Origin: an uncultured Lentisphaerales bacterium
Lineage (GTDB): Bacteria > Verrucomicrobiota > Lentisphaeria > JABSQK01 > UBA12247
Direction of reading: 5' to 3'
NCBI GenBank assembly: GCA_943788985.1
Contig: CALSSJ010000002.1
Location: forward strand, 81,001 to 145,000
DNA: 64,000 nucleotides
Position numbers and translations under genes: made by a program. The notes beneath the pieces were generated by a model. That model was not told where the DNA came from and searched no databases. It saw only the letters and a list, made by a program, of their open reading frames with translations. The number at the start of each line of letters is the position of its first letter. Position 1 is the stretch's first letter. Positions 51,301-60,874 of the stretch are shown here, piece after piece.

Positions 51301-52086
51301 CTAGTCGCTCTTGGTGCGCCGGACAAGTGGACACTTGGAGCCTTTGGAGAAGGCGGCCATGGCGGCGATGTCGGCGTTTTCAGGATGGGCCGCGAGGGCT
51401 GCCTTATTGCCGCCGGCAACAGTTGGGGAGGTCATAATCAGCTGGTGTGCTTCCGCGATGGCATCAATTTGCTCGGGGGAAAAGTCACGACGCTTCAGGC
51501 CCACCTTGTTTATACCACGGGTCGCGGCGGGGACGCCCTCGACGATTGAGAATGGCAAGACATCGCCGGCAAGCTTGGTATAACCGCCGACAAATGCGTG
51601 TTGACCGACTCGAACAAACTGCACGATCCCGGTGTGGCCGCCGATGATCGCGTAGTCTTCCAAGGTGACATGACCAGCCAGCATGGCTGCGCTGCTCATG
51701 ATGACGTGGTTGCCGATGTTGCACTCATGGGCGATGTGGCAATAGGACTGGATCAGGCAATCACTACCGACGATGGTGGAGGCGCCAGCTGTGGTGGCGG
51801 CGTTTACGGTCACGTATTCGCGAATGACGGTTCGGTCCCCAATGGTCGCGTAGGTGATGTCTCCCTCGAACTTCAGGTCTTGGGTCTGCATGCCGAGGCA
51901 AGCAAAGGGGAATATCTCACAATCCTTTCCCAGCCGGAGGTAGCCGCTCAGAACGACATGGCTATGAAGCGTGCAGCCGCCCCCGATCTCTACGTGGGGA
52001 CCAATCGTGCAATAGGGGCCGATGGTGCAGCCTTCACCGATCCTGGCACCGTCTTCAATAACGGCGGTCGGGTGAATATGGGTCAT
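51301..52086 (-). CDS. lpxA: UDP-N-acetylglucosamine acyltransferase
   Basis: IHPTAVIE, hexapeptide repeats, QDLKF, HIAHEC. Confidence 0.95.
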   Translation of the reverse strand: MTHIHPTAVIEDGARIGEGCTIGPYCTIGPHVEIGGGCTLHSHVVLSGYLRLGKDCEIFPFACLGMQTQDLKFEGDITYATIGDRTVIREYVTVNAATTAGASTIVGSDCLIQSYCHIAHECNIGNHVIMSSAAMLAGHVTLEDYAIIGGHTGIVQFVRVGQHAFVGGYTKLAGDVLPFSIVEGVPAATRGINKVGLKRRDFSPEQIDAIAEAHQLIMTSPTVAGGNKAALAAHPENADIAAMAAFSKGSKCPLVRRTKSD

Positions 52087-53018
52087 TTACTGGACTCGGC
52101 CATCGCGAACTTGACGTCCGTTTCGGCGACAACTTCTGAGCCGACCAGTACGCGTCCGACACCTTTTCCGTAGCGCTCGCGGAGGGAGACGAGCTGGCCT
52201 TCGATGACCAATTCATCGCCAGGTAGAATGGAGCGGGTAAAGCGGGCACGGTCCACGGCGACGAAATAGACGAGCTTGCCTCTATTCTCCGGGTTGAGGA
52301 GGCGGGCGACGCAGCCGACCTGTGCCAGAATTTCGGTGAGCATGGTGGCCGGCAGAAAGGCGTGGTTTCCGTACCAAGCGAGCGAGCGTTGCTCATCGGC
52401 GGAGACGCTGCGCAGAGCGCGAATGGGGTCTGTCGCCTGAAAGTTCTCTGAGAAGCCCATAACGCGATCGATCATCAAAAATGGATAGCGATGCGGAATG
52501 GCCTGCATAATTTCTGCGGTTTCTACCACGTGTTCGAAGGGAGCACCCTCGTACTTCGGCAGGAACTCTTTCGGTGTCAACTCTTCGGTACCGTCGACAA
52601 ATTCAAAGGTAAGCTTGGCTTGGCTCGCGACTGTTCCGTCGCATTCTACGGTGGAGACGGCCTTAAAGCCTTGCTCCTCCTTGGTGACGGAGACATAGGT
52701 CATCATACGAAAGCCAGGCATGATCGGGCGGCGAAACTTGACGTTGTCCAAGCCGCGCAGGACGGGAAGGCCGGTCATGCCCTGTTTGCGGCAGATCAGG
52801 ACTGCCAGTTGAAACATTGCCTCCACTTGGAGGACGCCCGGCAGGATCGGCTGATCGGGGAAGTGCCCTTGGAAATATGGGGATCCGGCGGTGGCACACT
52901 TAGTGCCGACCCAGGCACCGTCCACTTTTGCGACACGATCCAGCATCTGGTACGGCGGGCGATAGCCAAGCTCGTCGCTGATGTCCGCGGGTCCCATCAA
53001 TGATTCGTAGTTACTCAT
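52083..53018 (-). CDS. fabZ: Tandem (double hot-dog) 3-hydroxyacyl-ACP dehydratase
   Basis: Domain 1 has YFQGHFPDQPILPGVLQVEAM; domain 2 has IPHRYPFLMIDRV...LTEILAQ. Confidence 0.85.
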   Translation of the reverse strand: MSNYESLMGPADISDELGYRPPYQMLDRVAKVDGAWVGTKCATAGSPYFQGHFPDQPILPGVLQVEAMFQLAVLICRKQGMTGLPVLRGLDNVKFRRPIMPGFRMMTYVSVTKEEQGFKAVSTVECDGTVASQAKLTFEFVDGTEELTPKEFLPKYEGAPFEHVVETAEIMQAIPHRYPFLMIDRVMGFSENFQATDPIRALRSVSADEQRSLAWYGNHAFLPATMLTEILAQVGCVARLLNPENRGKLVYFVAVDRARFTRSILPGDELVIEGQLVSLRERYGKGVGRVLVGSEVVAETDVKFAMAESSK

Positions 53019-53863
53019 GCCCTCTCCACTCTCATGTGCTCACGGATATTTCTGGCCAGTGCCACGTTGCTGGGGTGCCCGGGCTTTAGCGCGACCACAT
53101 GGCCGCGCAGCCGATGACCCACCAAGCTCAGGTCTCCGACTATGTCGAGCATCTTATGTCGCACACACTCATCGGCAAAACGTAACCCATCTTTGCTGAT
53201 GATCGCACCATCTTTCAAGACCATGGCATTGTCCAAGCTTGCTCCGCGAATCAAGCCGGCCTCCATTAGTGATTCAATCTCTTCGTAATCCGGGCAAAAG
53301 GTACGTGCAGCCGACAGCTCCTCAACAAAACTTTTCTGCGTAATCTCAGTACTATAAAACTGAGTCAGGAAACCGGGCCCGAATGCGACAGTACATGAGA
53401 TTCGGTAGTTTTCTTCGGGAAGCAGGACAATGGTGGTCTCTTCTTGGGTGACTGTGACGGGCTGATCGATGTAAGCGATCGTGCGTGTCAGGGTCTGCGG
53501 GACAGTGCCCGCCTCCCTTATTATCTGGATAAATGGCTCACTGCTTCCGTCTGCGATTGGGGGCTCCGCGCCGTCGAGTTCGATGTAGGCGTTGTCGACC
53601 CCCATGCCGTACAGGGCGGCGAGCACATGCTCGACCGTGTGCACGTGGGCGTTGCCAACGGCCAGCGTGGTGGCGCGACGGACGTCCACGACATTGTCTG
53701 CAATAGCCGGGATCTCCGGTTTTCCAGGAAGATCGACACGGCGCAGCACGAAGCCGGTATCCTCGTCGGCAGGGCGCAGGACCAACCGCGCGCGGATTCC
53801 CGTGTGCAGGGATATCCCCGAAAAATTAGCAGATCGTTTAAGGGTGTGCTGGAGGTTCGACAA
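53015..53863 (-). CDS. lpxC: UDP-3-O-acyl-GlcNAc deacetylase
   Basis: TVEHVLAAL, ARTF and RHKMLDIVGDL motifs. Confidence 0.96.
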   Translation of the reverse strand: MSNLQHTLKRSANFSGISLHTGIRARLVLRPADEDTGFVLRRVDLPGKPEIPAIADNVVDVRRATTLAVGNAHVHTVEHVLAALYGMGVDNAYIELDGAEPPIADGSSEPFIQIIREAGTVPQTLTRTIAYIDQPVTVTQEETTIVLLPEENYRISCTVAFGPGFLTQFYSTEITQKSFVEELSAARTFCPDYEEIESLMEAGLIRGASLDNAMVLKDGAIISKDGLRFADECVRHKMLDIVGDLSLVGHRLRGHVVALKPGHPSNVALARNIREHMRVERA

Positions 53864-54033
53864 CGGTGGTATCGTATCCGAGGGACTGGAGACATGTCAA
53901 GAACCCGTGGAGAGTTGATCCAAGGGCGGCTGTAAACATAACACCACAACACACACGTGTAAGGTGTGCGCTCGCTTTTCCGCAGTCAGGCGGAATATTT
54001 GCAGAGAGACGACAACACTTTTGAGGAAACATC

Positions 54034-54321
54034 ATGCGAATCCTGATTTTGACCTGCGTGCTGGCGTTGGCGTGTGGCTGCACCAGTACAGACCGTGTCC
54101 ATATCGACCAGACTGGCCGTACCTGGCTGAATGGGCACGAAGTCCAGCGCCCGGCGCTCTCGGAGAAGGCCGCAGGCAGTAAGCGCGTGCGGATCACTTC
54201 TGCGGCGTACACACCGTACTCACAGATTGTCGCGACGCAGCACGAGCTAATCGCGGCGGACGTCGTGGAGATTGAGGTCGATACGGACCGAGACCTGGAG
54301 AAGCGCGAGCAGAATCGCTGA
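54034..54321 (+). CDS. Small lipoprotein resembling the ExbD periplasmic domain
   Basis: GAGG RBS, lipobox LACGC; VHIDQTGRTWLNG...VRI.SAAYTPYSQIV. Confidence 0.6.
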   Translation: MRILILTCVLALACGCTSTDRVHIDQTGRTWLNGHEVQRPALSEKAAGSKRVRITSAAYTPYSQIVATQHELIAADVVEIEVDTDRDLEKREQNR

Positions 54322-54487
54322 GGCCACTGGCGGCGAAGATGGCTGATTCAATGCTGCAGAGATAGGGAGTTTCTACGGAGGTTGCAACGCCCGCCACTTT
54401 TTCCTGCACCGATCACCCAGTTTATTTTGCGCGCAGGTGGTTATCCCGAAGCGGCCGCACTGATCAATTCTGTTGCATATTTTGACT

Positions 54488-55355
54488 ATGGCTCAGAATA
54501 TCCACCCTGATTTCTCTCGCGACCTACCGGCAGAGGCAGATGCGCTCCGCTGGGGCTTGTATGTGGTCGATTACGGATTGGCTGACGTCGTGCCCGGGAG
54601 CGATTATCCGCAGAGTCTGGCCAAGCATTCCCCGACATATCAGTTCACCAGGGATGCAGGCCGGACGCTTCAGGAATACCAGCTGGTCTACATCAGCGAA
54701 GGTCGCGGGATATTGGAATCGGCCCCCCACTGGTCGCTGTAGGTCTTCTTCCTTTATCCCGGCGTTTGGCATCGCTTTCGGCCGATTCGCACCGTGGGTT
54801 GGACGGGAAACTGGGGGGGATGGGTATGCGGCGGAGCGGATCATGGGCTCATTTTTCTCGCCAGACAAAGCGGTGGTCCGGGTCGGTCACGACCATGAGC
54901 TACTGCAGTTGATCCGGTCTGTTGCCGGGCTGGCAGATCAGGCACTGGGAGGGTATCAACAACTCATGGGTGCTCGAGCAGTGATGGCCTTGGCGCATGT
55001 CCGATCGCGCGCGATGAGCATGCGACCGGTCGATCGCGTGACTGCGCAGCAGGTTTAGAAGGCGCGGCGTTATCTGGCTGAGCACTGCAAGGAAGCCGTC
55101 GATGTGAAGCGTCTGGCTCGCGCGCTTGGCATGAGCTACTCTCGTTTTCAACCGGTATTCAAGGCTCATATTGGCATGGCACCTCACCAGTATCTTCTGG
55201 ATGTGCGCCTAAATCTTGCCCGGTACTGGCTGACGGACTCAGATCTGGCAGTTTCGGAGATCGCGGATCGCCTTGGCTTCTCCACCGTGTACTACTTCTC
55301 GCGCCTGTTGAAACAGAGCCCTGGCTCGTCCCCCTTCACCTACCGCAGATGCTAA
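54488..55355 (+). pseudogene. AraC family regulator pseudogene
   Basis: GRTLQEYQLVYISEGRG, FLYPGVWHRFRP and the C-terminal HTH (LGFSTVYYFSRL) are spread over frames; TAG at 54740 and 55056; C6 and G7 runs. Confidence 0.85.
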
Positions 55356-55359
55356 TTAT

Positions 55360-56022
55360 TTAGCTGCCGAGACGTTCGACTTCTTCCTGGATCCAGGCTT
55401 GCCAGCGCTGTTGCTGCTGGCTGCGCCAGAGGTCGCCTTCTGGGCTACCAGCCTGGCTGCGTTGGTCTACGTGATGGGCGGAAGAGCGAGCTCGTGAGGC
55501 GTCGAGCCGTTGCACATCGCGGTCTTCTGGCATGGGGGGCGGGGCCTCGAGTTCTTCTTCGCCCTCTGCCTCTGCGCGCTTGCGGCGGAACGAGAAGGTC
55601 TCAATCTGGTTCAGGCGTGCGCTGGCCAGCAACAGGAGACAGCAGCAGATAACCTGCCAGTAGTTGACCTGTTCCACTAACGATTCACCCGGCAGCCACT
55701 GCGGAATCGGCAGTTCTTCTGCGAAGGCGATATAGATGACTCCAACTAGGAGCAACCACTCAAGCCAGAATGTACGGAAGCGCTTGAGCAGTTTCTCCGC
55801 TCTCTGGGCCAATGCCAGCGGAAGACGATCAAGATCCCCGGCCCGCAGGACTAGGTACAGCCCGACAGTAAGAATGAGGGCGGTGAAGAAGATGTTCACA
55901 AGGTCCGGCACCCGGAGAAAGTTGGCTAGGCAGTAGCCAACGATCACCGGATGTAGCGGGCTGAAACCACGCTGTGCCGCTCGCTTAGAACGCCCGGTGC
56001 CTTGATTGTGCGTATCGTTCAT
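55360..56022 (-). CDS. Hypothetical membrane protein
   Basis: About 4 hydrophobic segments; GGAG RBS. Confidence 0.6.
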   Translation of the reverse strand: MNDTHNQGTGRSKRAAQRGFSPLHPVIVGYCLANFLRVPDLVNIFFTALILTVGLYLVLRAGDLDRLPLALAQRAEKLLKRFRTFWLEWLLLVGVIYIAFAEELPIPQWLPGESLVEQVNYWQVICCCLLLLASARLNQIETFSFRRKRAEAEGEEELEAPPPMPEDRDVQRLDASRARSSAHHVDQRSQAGSPEGDLWRSQQQQRWQAWIQEEVERLGS

Positions 56023-56097
56023 GCGACTCCGTCCAACAAATCACGTCAGGAACTTTCCTACTGTACGTGACCACAGCTAGAAAACACTAGCGGCAGT

Positions 56098-57561
56098 TCA
56101 GACGCGTGGCAGGTCTTCGGGGCCCTTTGTCGGTAGCTCGCTCGAGCCTTGGAGGAAAATATCTAGCTGACGTGCGCACTCGCGGCCTTCTGAGATAGCC
56201 CACACGATCAAGGACTGACCCCGTCGCATGTCGCCAGCTGCGAAGACATTTTCGACATTGCTCCGGTATTCGGTGGTTTTGACATTTCCACGCTCATCCA
56301 GTTCCAGACCCAGGTCTTGAATCATGGTGTTGGTCTCTGGGCCGAGAAAGCCAAGGGCAAGCAGGACAAGTTCACAAGCCCAGGTCTGCTCACTGCCGGG
56401 CACTTCTTCCATGCGCGGCCGGCCTCCATCTGGGTTGGGAACGAACTGAACCTGCACAGTCTTAAGACCGGTTAGCTTGCCGTCCTTGCCGACAAATTCC
56501 TTGGTCAACACGCTCCAATTGCGATCACAGCCTTCCTCGTGGGAGGTGCTGGTGCGCAATTTCATTGCGTAGTAAGGCCAGGGCTGGTGCCCGGGGCGCC
56601 CGTCAGGTGGTCTGGGCAGGAGCTCAAAGTTGGTGACACTACGTGCACCCTGCCGGTTCGAGGTGCCGATACAATCACTGCCAGTATCCCCGCCACCGAT
56701 GACGATCACGTTTTTACCTTCAGCCCGTGTCAGTTCGTCGGTGCTGGGAAAGCCATCAGCTACCCATTTGTTTGACTGGGTCAGAAAGTCCATAGCGAAG
56801 TGCACGCCGTCCAGCTCTCGGCCAGCGACGGGCATATCTCTGGGCTTGGCCGAACCACCGCAGAGAGCAACAGCGTCGAACGCTTCAAGCTCGGACGTAG
56901 GCCGATTCACGCCGATATGAGCGTTGGTTTCGAAGGTGATGCCTTCTTCTTCCATGATGGCCAGCCGCCGGTCGATGATGTGCTTTTCCATCTTGAAGTC
57001 CGGAATGCCGTAGCGCAGCAAGCCGCCGATGCGATCAGCGCGCTCGAATACAGTCACGGTGTGGCCTGCGCGGTTAAGCTGTTGGGCGCAGGCTAGACCC
57101 GCTGGGCCGGAGCCGATCACAGCGACTACTTTTCCAGTGCGTATGGCTGGTGGCTGGGCCTTGATTAAACCTTTCGCAAAGGCATGCTCTACGATCGTCT
57201 TCTCGACTTCTTCGATGGTGACGGGAGGCTCATTAATGCCAAGAACACACGCCTCTTCGCAGGGCGCTGGGCATAGCCGACCAGTAAACTCGGGGAAATT
57301 ATTCGTCGCCTGGAGGCGTTCGATCGCTTCTTCCCAGCGTCCACGATAAACGAGGTCATTCCAATCTGGGATAATATTTCCCAGCGGACAACCGATATGA
57401 CAGAACGGGACGCCACAATCCATACAGCGCGAGGCCTGGTCCTGAAGCTTTTCTTCCGGCCATTCCAGATACAGCTCGTTATAATCCTCTATGCGCTCAG
57501 TCGCAGGCCGCTTTGGCGGCAAGGCGCGCGTATCATCCATAAAACCGGTAGGGTTACCCAT
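56098..57561 (-). CDS. gltD: Glutamate synthase small subunit
   Basis: MGNPTGF, RCMDCGVPFCH.GCP, NNFPEFTGRLCPAPC and RRGQSLIVWAI motifs. Confidence 0.95.
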   Translation of the reverse strand: MGNPTGFMDDTRALPPKRPATERIEDYNELYLEWPEEKLQDQASRCMDCGVPFCHIGCPLGNIIPDWNDLVYRGRWEEAIERLQATNNFPEFTGRLCPAPCEEACVLGINEPPVTIEEVEKTIVEHAFAKGLIKAQPPAIRTGKVVAVIGSGPAGLACAQQLNRAGHTVTVFERADRIGGLLRYGIPDFKMEKHIIDRRLAIMEEEGITFETNAHIGVNRPTSELEAFDAVALCGGSAKPRDMPVAGRELDGVHFAMDFLTQSNKWVADGFPSTDELTRAEGKNVIVIGGGDTGSDCIGTSNRQGARSVTNFELLPRPPDGRPGHQPWPYYAMKLRTSTSHEEGCDRNWSVLTKEFVGKDGKLTGLKTVQVQFVPNPDGGRPRMEEVPGSEQTWACELVLLALGFLGPETNTMIQDLGLELDERGNVKTTEYRSNVENVFAAGDMRRGQSLIVWAISEGRECARQLDIFLQGSSELPTKGPEDLPRV

Positions 57562-57684
57562 CAAAAAACTCCATAGCCATCAGCGCAGCGTGGCAAGACA
57601 CGCCCACTGTCATAGAATAAGAAAAAGCCGGTACAATACCGCCCGCCCGCACGATTCTCAACCGGCGGGCCAGCGGCAGCGCTG

Positions 57685-59091
57685 TCAGGCAAGAAACGCC
57701 GAGAAACCGCGGTAGGCCATGTACAGGTCAAACTTGCCGACGACTTCCATGGGGGCATGCATGCTCATCACGCCGACTCCGCAGTCGATCACGTCCATCT
57801 CATACCTGGCCAGCATGTAGGCGATGGTACCGCCGCCGCCCTGATCGACCTTGCCAATCTCACCCGTTTGCCAGGTTACCCCGGCATCGTCGAACAATGC
57901 GCGCAGCTCGGCTACGTACTCGGCATGGGCATCGTTTGAGCCAGATTTGCCGCGTGCGCCCACGTACTTGGTCATCACCAGGCCATGGTTCAACTGCGCC
58001 ATATTTTTGTTTGGCGAGCTTACTTCCGGGTAGTTGGGATCATGCAGTGCGTTCACGTCTGCGGACAGCATCTTGGAGTTGCGCAGGGTGCGCCGTAGGA
58101 TGAGGTCTGAGTAGTCCTCTGTGCACAGGTTTACGATTTCAGCCGCTGCGTTCTCGAACAGAAAACTATTCATCCCGGTGCTGCCGACGGAGCCAATCTC
58201 TTCCTTATCGCAAAGCAGGACCATGGCCGTGTATTCGGGCGTTTCGTCCTGGTCGACGATGGCACGAATCGCCGGGTAGGCGCTGGCGCGGTCATCGTGC
58301 CCGTAGCCAAGCAGCATCGAGCGATCAAATCCCAGGTCGCGCGCCGGGCCTGCTGGAACAATCTCCAGCTCTGCGCTGGTCAGGTCCCACTCATCGATTC
58401 CGTAGTCTGCGTGAAGTTTTTCAAGAATGGCCCGCTTGATCTGCTGGGTGCCTTTTCCGGCGGGCATGCTGCCACAGAGGACGTTCAGGCCCTCGCCGGT
58501 AATGGCTACGCCGAGCTTACGATCAGACTGTTCCTTGGCCAGATGGGGCAGCAGGTCGGTGATACAGAACACGGGTTCATCCGCGTTTTCACCGATCGAG
58601 ATGCTCACGCTGGTGCCGTCCTTCTTGGCCACTACGCCGTGAATTGCCAGCGGCGTGGTCACCCACTGATACTTGCGCACACCGCCGTAGTAGTGCGTAT
58701 CCAGCAGTGCCATTCCGCCTTCCTCATATAAGGGGCGAGGCTTTAGGTCCAAGCGCGGGGAGTCCGTGTGCCCGCCGATGAGCCGCAGGCCCTCGACGAT
58801 CGGCCGCGTGCCGATATGAGCAAGGATGAGCGTCTTGCCGCCGACGCTAAAGTATACCTTGTCTCCGGCCTTCAGCCGTTCCCCGGCCGCGATGCGCGGT
58901 GCGAGGTCCGTGAAGCCATGCGCCTCCGCTAGGCGAACGCCCTCATCATTTGCTTGCCGTTCGGTCTTTACCGTAGAGATGAACTGGCGGTAGTTTTCGC
59001 AGAACGAGAAGATCTGCTTCCGCTCCTTTGCGTTTGTGCCCAGCCAGCCATTTTCCTGCTCAATTTCGTAGGTTGGTTTCTTCTTAGCCAT
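57685..59091 (-). CDS. M18 family aminopeptidase
   Basis: GHTDSPRLD, GHDDR, DKEEIGS, SADV and SMHAP motifs. Confidence 0.93.
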   Translation of the reverse strand: MAKKKPTYEIEQENGWLGTNAKERKQIFSFCENYRQFISTVKTERQANDEGVRLAEAHGFTDLAPRIAAGERLKAGDKVYFSVGGKTLILAHIGTRPIVEGLRLIGGHTDSPRLDLKPRPLYEEGGMALLDTHYYGGVRKYQWVTTPLAIHGVVAKKDGTSVSISIGENADEPVFCITDLLPHLAKEQSDRKLGVAITGEGLNVLCGSMPAGKGTQQIKRAILEKLHADYGIDEWDLTSAELEIVPAGPARDLGFDRSMLLGYGHDDRASAYPAIRAIVDQDETPEYTAMVLLCDKEEIGSVGSTGMNSFLFENAAAEIVNLCTEDYSDLILRRTLRNSKMLSADVNALHDPNYPEVSSPNKNMAQLNHGLVMTKYVGARGKSGSNDAHAEYVAELRALFDDAGVTWQTGEIGKVDQGGGGTIAYMLARYEMDVIDCGVGVMSMHAPMEVVGKFDLYMAYRGFSAFLA

Positions 59092-59132
59092 GTTGTCCTG
59101 TTGCTCCCTCTTTCATGATAGTGTCGCGCTGC

Positions 59133-59546
59133 TTACCGATCCTGGTTCTCGAGTTCGCCGGTCTTAGGATTCAGGCGGCGGTAGTAGCAATTGCGCGGTT
59201 CGCCTTGCTCGTTCTTCGTGTGGCAGATGCCGCCTCGTCTGGGACGCACGGTATAGACCAGTGAGTTCTGCTCACAATTCACAAAGACATCAACCAGGTC
59301 AAAGGTGGCACCGGAGGTCGCGCCCTTGATCCACAGTTCGTTTCGCGAGGTGCTCCAGAACGTGGCGGTTCCGGTCTCAAGCGAGTGATTCAGGGCCTGC
59401 TCATTGGCATAGGCCACCAGAATAATCTCGCGAGTATCTACGTTCTGTACAGCGACTGGGACCACGCGCGAGCCCGTGGCTGCGACCTTTGCCAGCTTAT
59501 CGTAGTCCAGCGTAAACGCATTTCCCTCTTCCAGTTCCTTCATCAT
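59133..59546 (-). CDS. hisI: Phosphoribosyl-AMP cyclohydrolase
   Basis: FWSTSRNELWIKGATSG, NCEQNSL, GICH and CYYR motifs; start at MMKELEEG behind GGGAGA. Confidence 0.9.
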   Translation of the reverse strand: MMKELEEGNAFTLDYDKLAKVAATGSRVVPVAVQNVDTREIILVAYANEQALNHSLETGTATFWSTSRNELWIKGATSGATFDLVDVFVNCEQNSLVYTVRPRRGGICHTKNEQGEPRNCYYRRLNPKTGELENQDR

Positions 59547-59766
59547 TCTCTCCCAATTAGCGTCTTCTGACGGACCGGTAGCAGTACCGTCGCCCGCGCC
59601 GCCAGCAATCGCGGCGGGCGTAAAGGCCGGTGGCGAGGAGGGCAAGCCATAGCGCCTCGCGCGGCTGCGGTTGCTGACCGTGAATCCGTTTGTATTCTCG
59701 CGCTCGCAAGTTATGATGCCTATTATGATCCTATCTAAAACAACTGTAGGGGCACAATCACGTACC

Positions 59767-60852
59767 ATGGGCACAGCATCCGAGGATAATGGTAAATCGC
59801 TGTATCGCCAGATTGCGGCGCAGCTGACGGACCGGGTGCGTAGTGGGGCGTTCGGGGATCGCCTGCCGACGCTGCAGCAGCTTGCGGAGGAGTACGATGT
59901 GGGGATGGTGACGGTGCGCCGGGCGGTGGGGGTGCTGCAGCACGAAGGCGTAGTCACAGCAACCCGCGGGCGCGGGATCGAACCAACCCGCCTGCGCCGT
60001 GGCCGCACGCATACGCTGGGCATGGTGGTCGGCGGGGTGCGGACGCCGCTGGGGCGGAGGCTGGAGGAAGGCGTGGCCGCCACCTGCCAGGCGCACGGAC
60101 AGGCACTGGCCACAGAATGCTACGAGAACGATCTGAGCCAGCAGGGAACACTGGTCCGCCAGCTCGTAGAAGACCGCCAGGTGGATGGCCTCGTGCTATG
60201 GCTGGTTGAGGACATGGCTGAGATTCTCGCGTACCTCGAAAGAGAACGGACGCCATTTGTGTTGCTGCCAGAGCCGGATATGGACCACTATGCAGGCTGT
60301 CATACGGTCGGCAATTCTGACTCTGGCGCGGCAGCGGATGTGATGACCCACTTGATCGGGCGTGGGGCGCGACAAATCCGCTTCGTCTGCGGACAGCCGC
60401 CGGAAACCGAGGGCTATGTACGCCATCGTTATCAGCGTTATCGACATAGCATGAAGGTTGCAGGGTTGCCTGTAGCAGAGCCGCTGGTGGTTGGCAAGGA
60501 CGAGGCGCTGGTCGCCCAGTTGCGCCAGTGCGATGCCGTCTTCTGCGCGACCGACACGCTGGCCTGCACGGTTATGCGTGTTTGCCTGGCCGCTGGTCTT
60601 CGCGTGCCCGGTGAGTTGCTGGTCACGGGCTACGACAATACCCCGGCGGCAGAGCTGATCGGGTTGACCACGGTCGAGCAGCATTTCGAGCGGATTGGCG
60701 AGCAGGCTGTCTCCATCCTGCTGGACGACATCGAGGGGCGCGTCAGCGCGCCGGTTCACCGCATCGTACGCTCCGAGCTGATCACCCGCGCCAGCACTGG
60801 CCGCCCAATCGGCGACCTCCGCGTTGGTCCGGCACTGACCACTGACAACTGA
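59767..60852 (+). CDS. GntR-HTH / LacI-type sugar-binding regulator (AraR-like)
   Basis: LYRQIA...RLPT..LAEEYDVGMVTVRRA...GRG; VTGYDN; LTTVEQ. Confidence 0.9.
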   Translation: MGTASEDNGKSLYRQIAAQLTDRVRSGAFGDRLPTLQQLAEEYDVGMVTVRRAVGVLQHEGVVTATRGRGIEPTRLRRGRTHTLGMVVGGVRTPLGRRLEEGVAATCQAHGQALATECYENDLSQQGTLVRQLVEDRQVDGLVLWLVEDMAEILAYLERERTPFVLLPEPDMDHYAGCHTVGNSDSGAAADVMTHLIGRGARQIRFVCGQPPETEGYVRHRYQRYRHSMKVAGLPVAEPLVVGKDEALVAQLRQCDAVFCATDTLACTVMRVCLAAGLRVPGELLVTGYDNTPAAELIGLTTVEQHFERIGEQAVSILLDDIEGRVSAPVHRIVRSELITRASTGRPIGDLRVGPALTTDN

Positions 60853-60856
60853 CAAC
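60833..60856 (+). repeat. Short heptamer tandem (C/A)ACTGAC, about 3 copies
   Basis: cactgac cactgac aactgac aac across the regulator stop codon. Confidence 0.6.
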
Positions 60857-60874
60857 AAACAACGGACTGCATCC

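Noticed and set aside
59547..60113. Long N-terminal extension of HisI given in the ORF track
   Set aside because: It overlaps the divergent regulator gene and is low-complexity; a good RBS precedes MMKELEEG at 59546.
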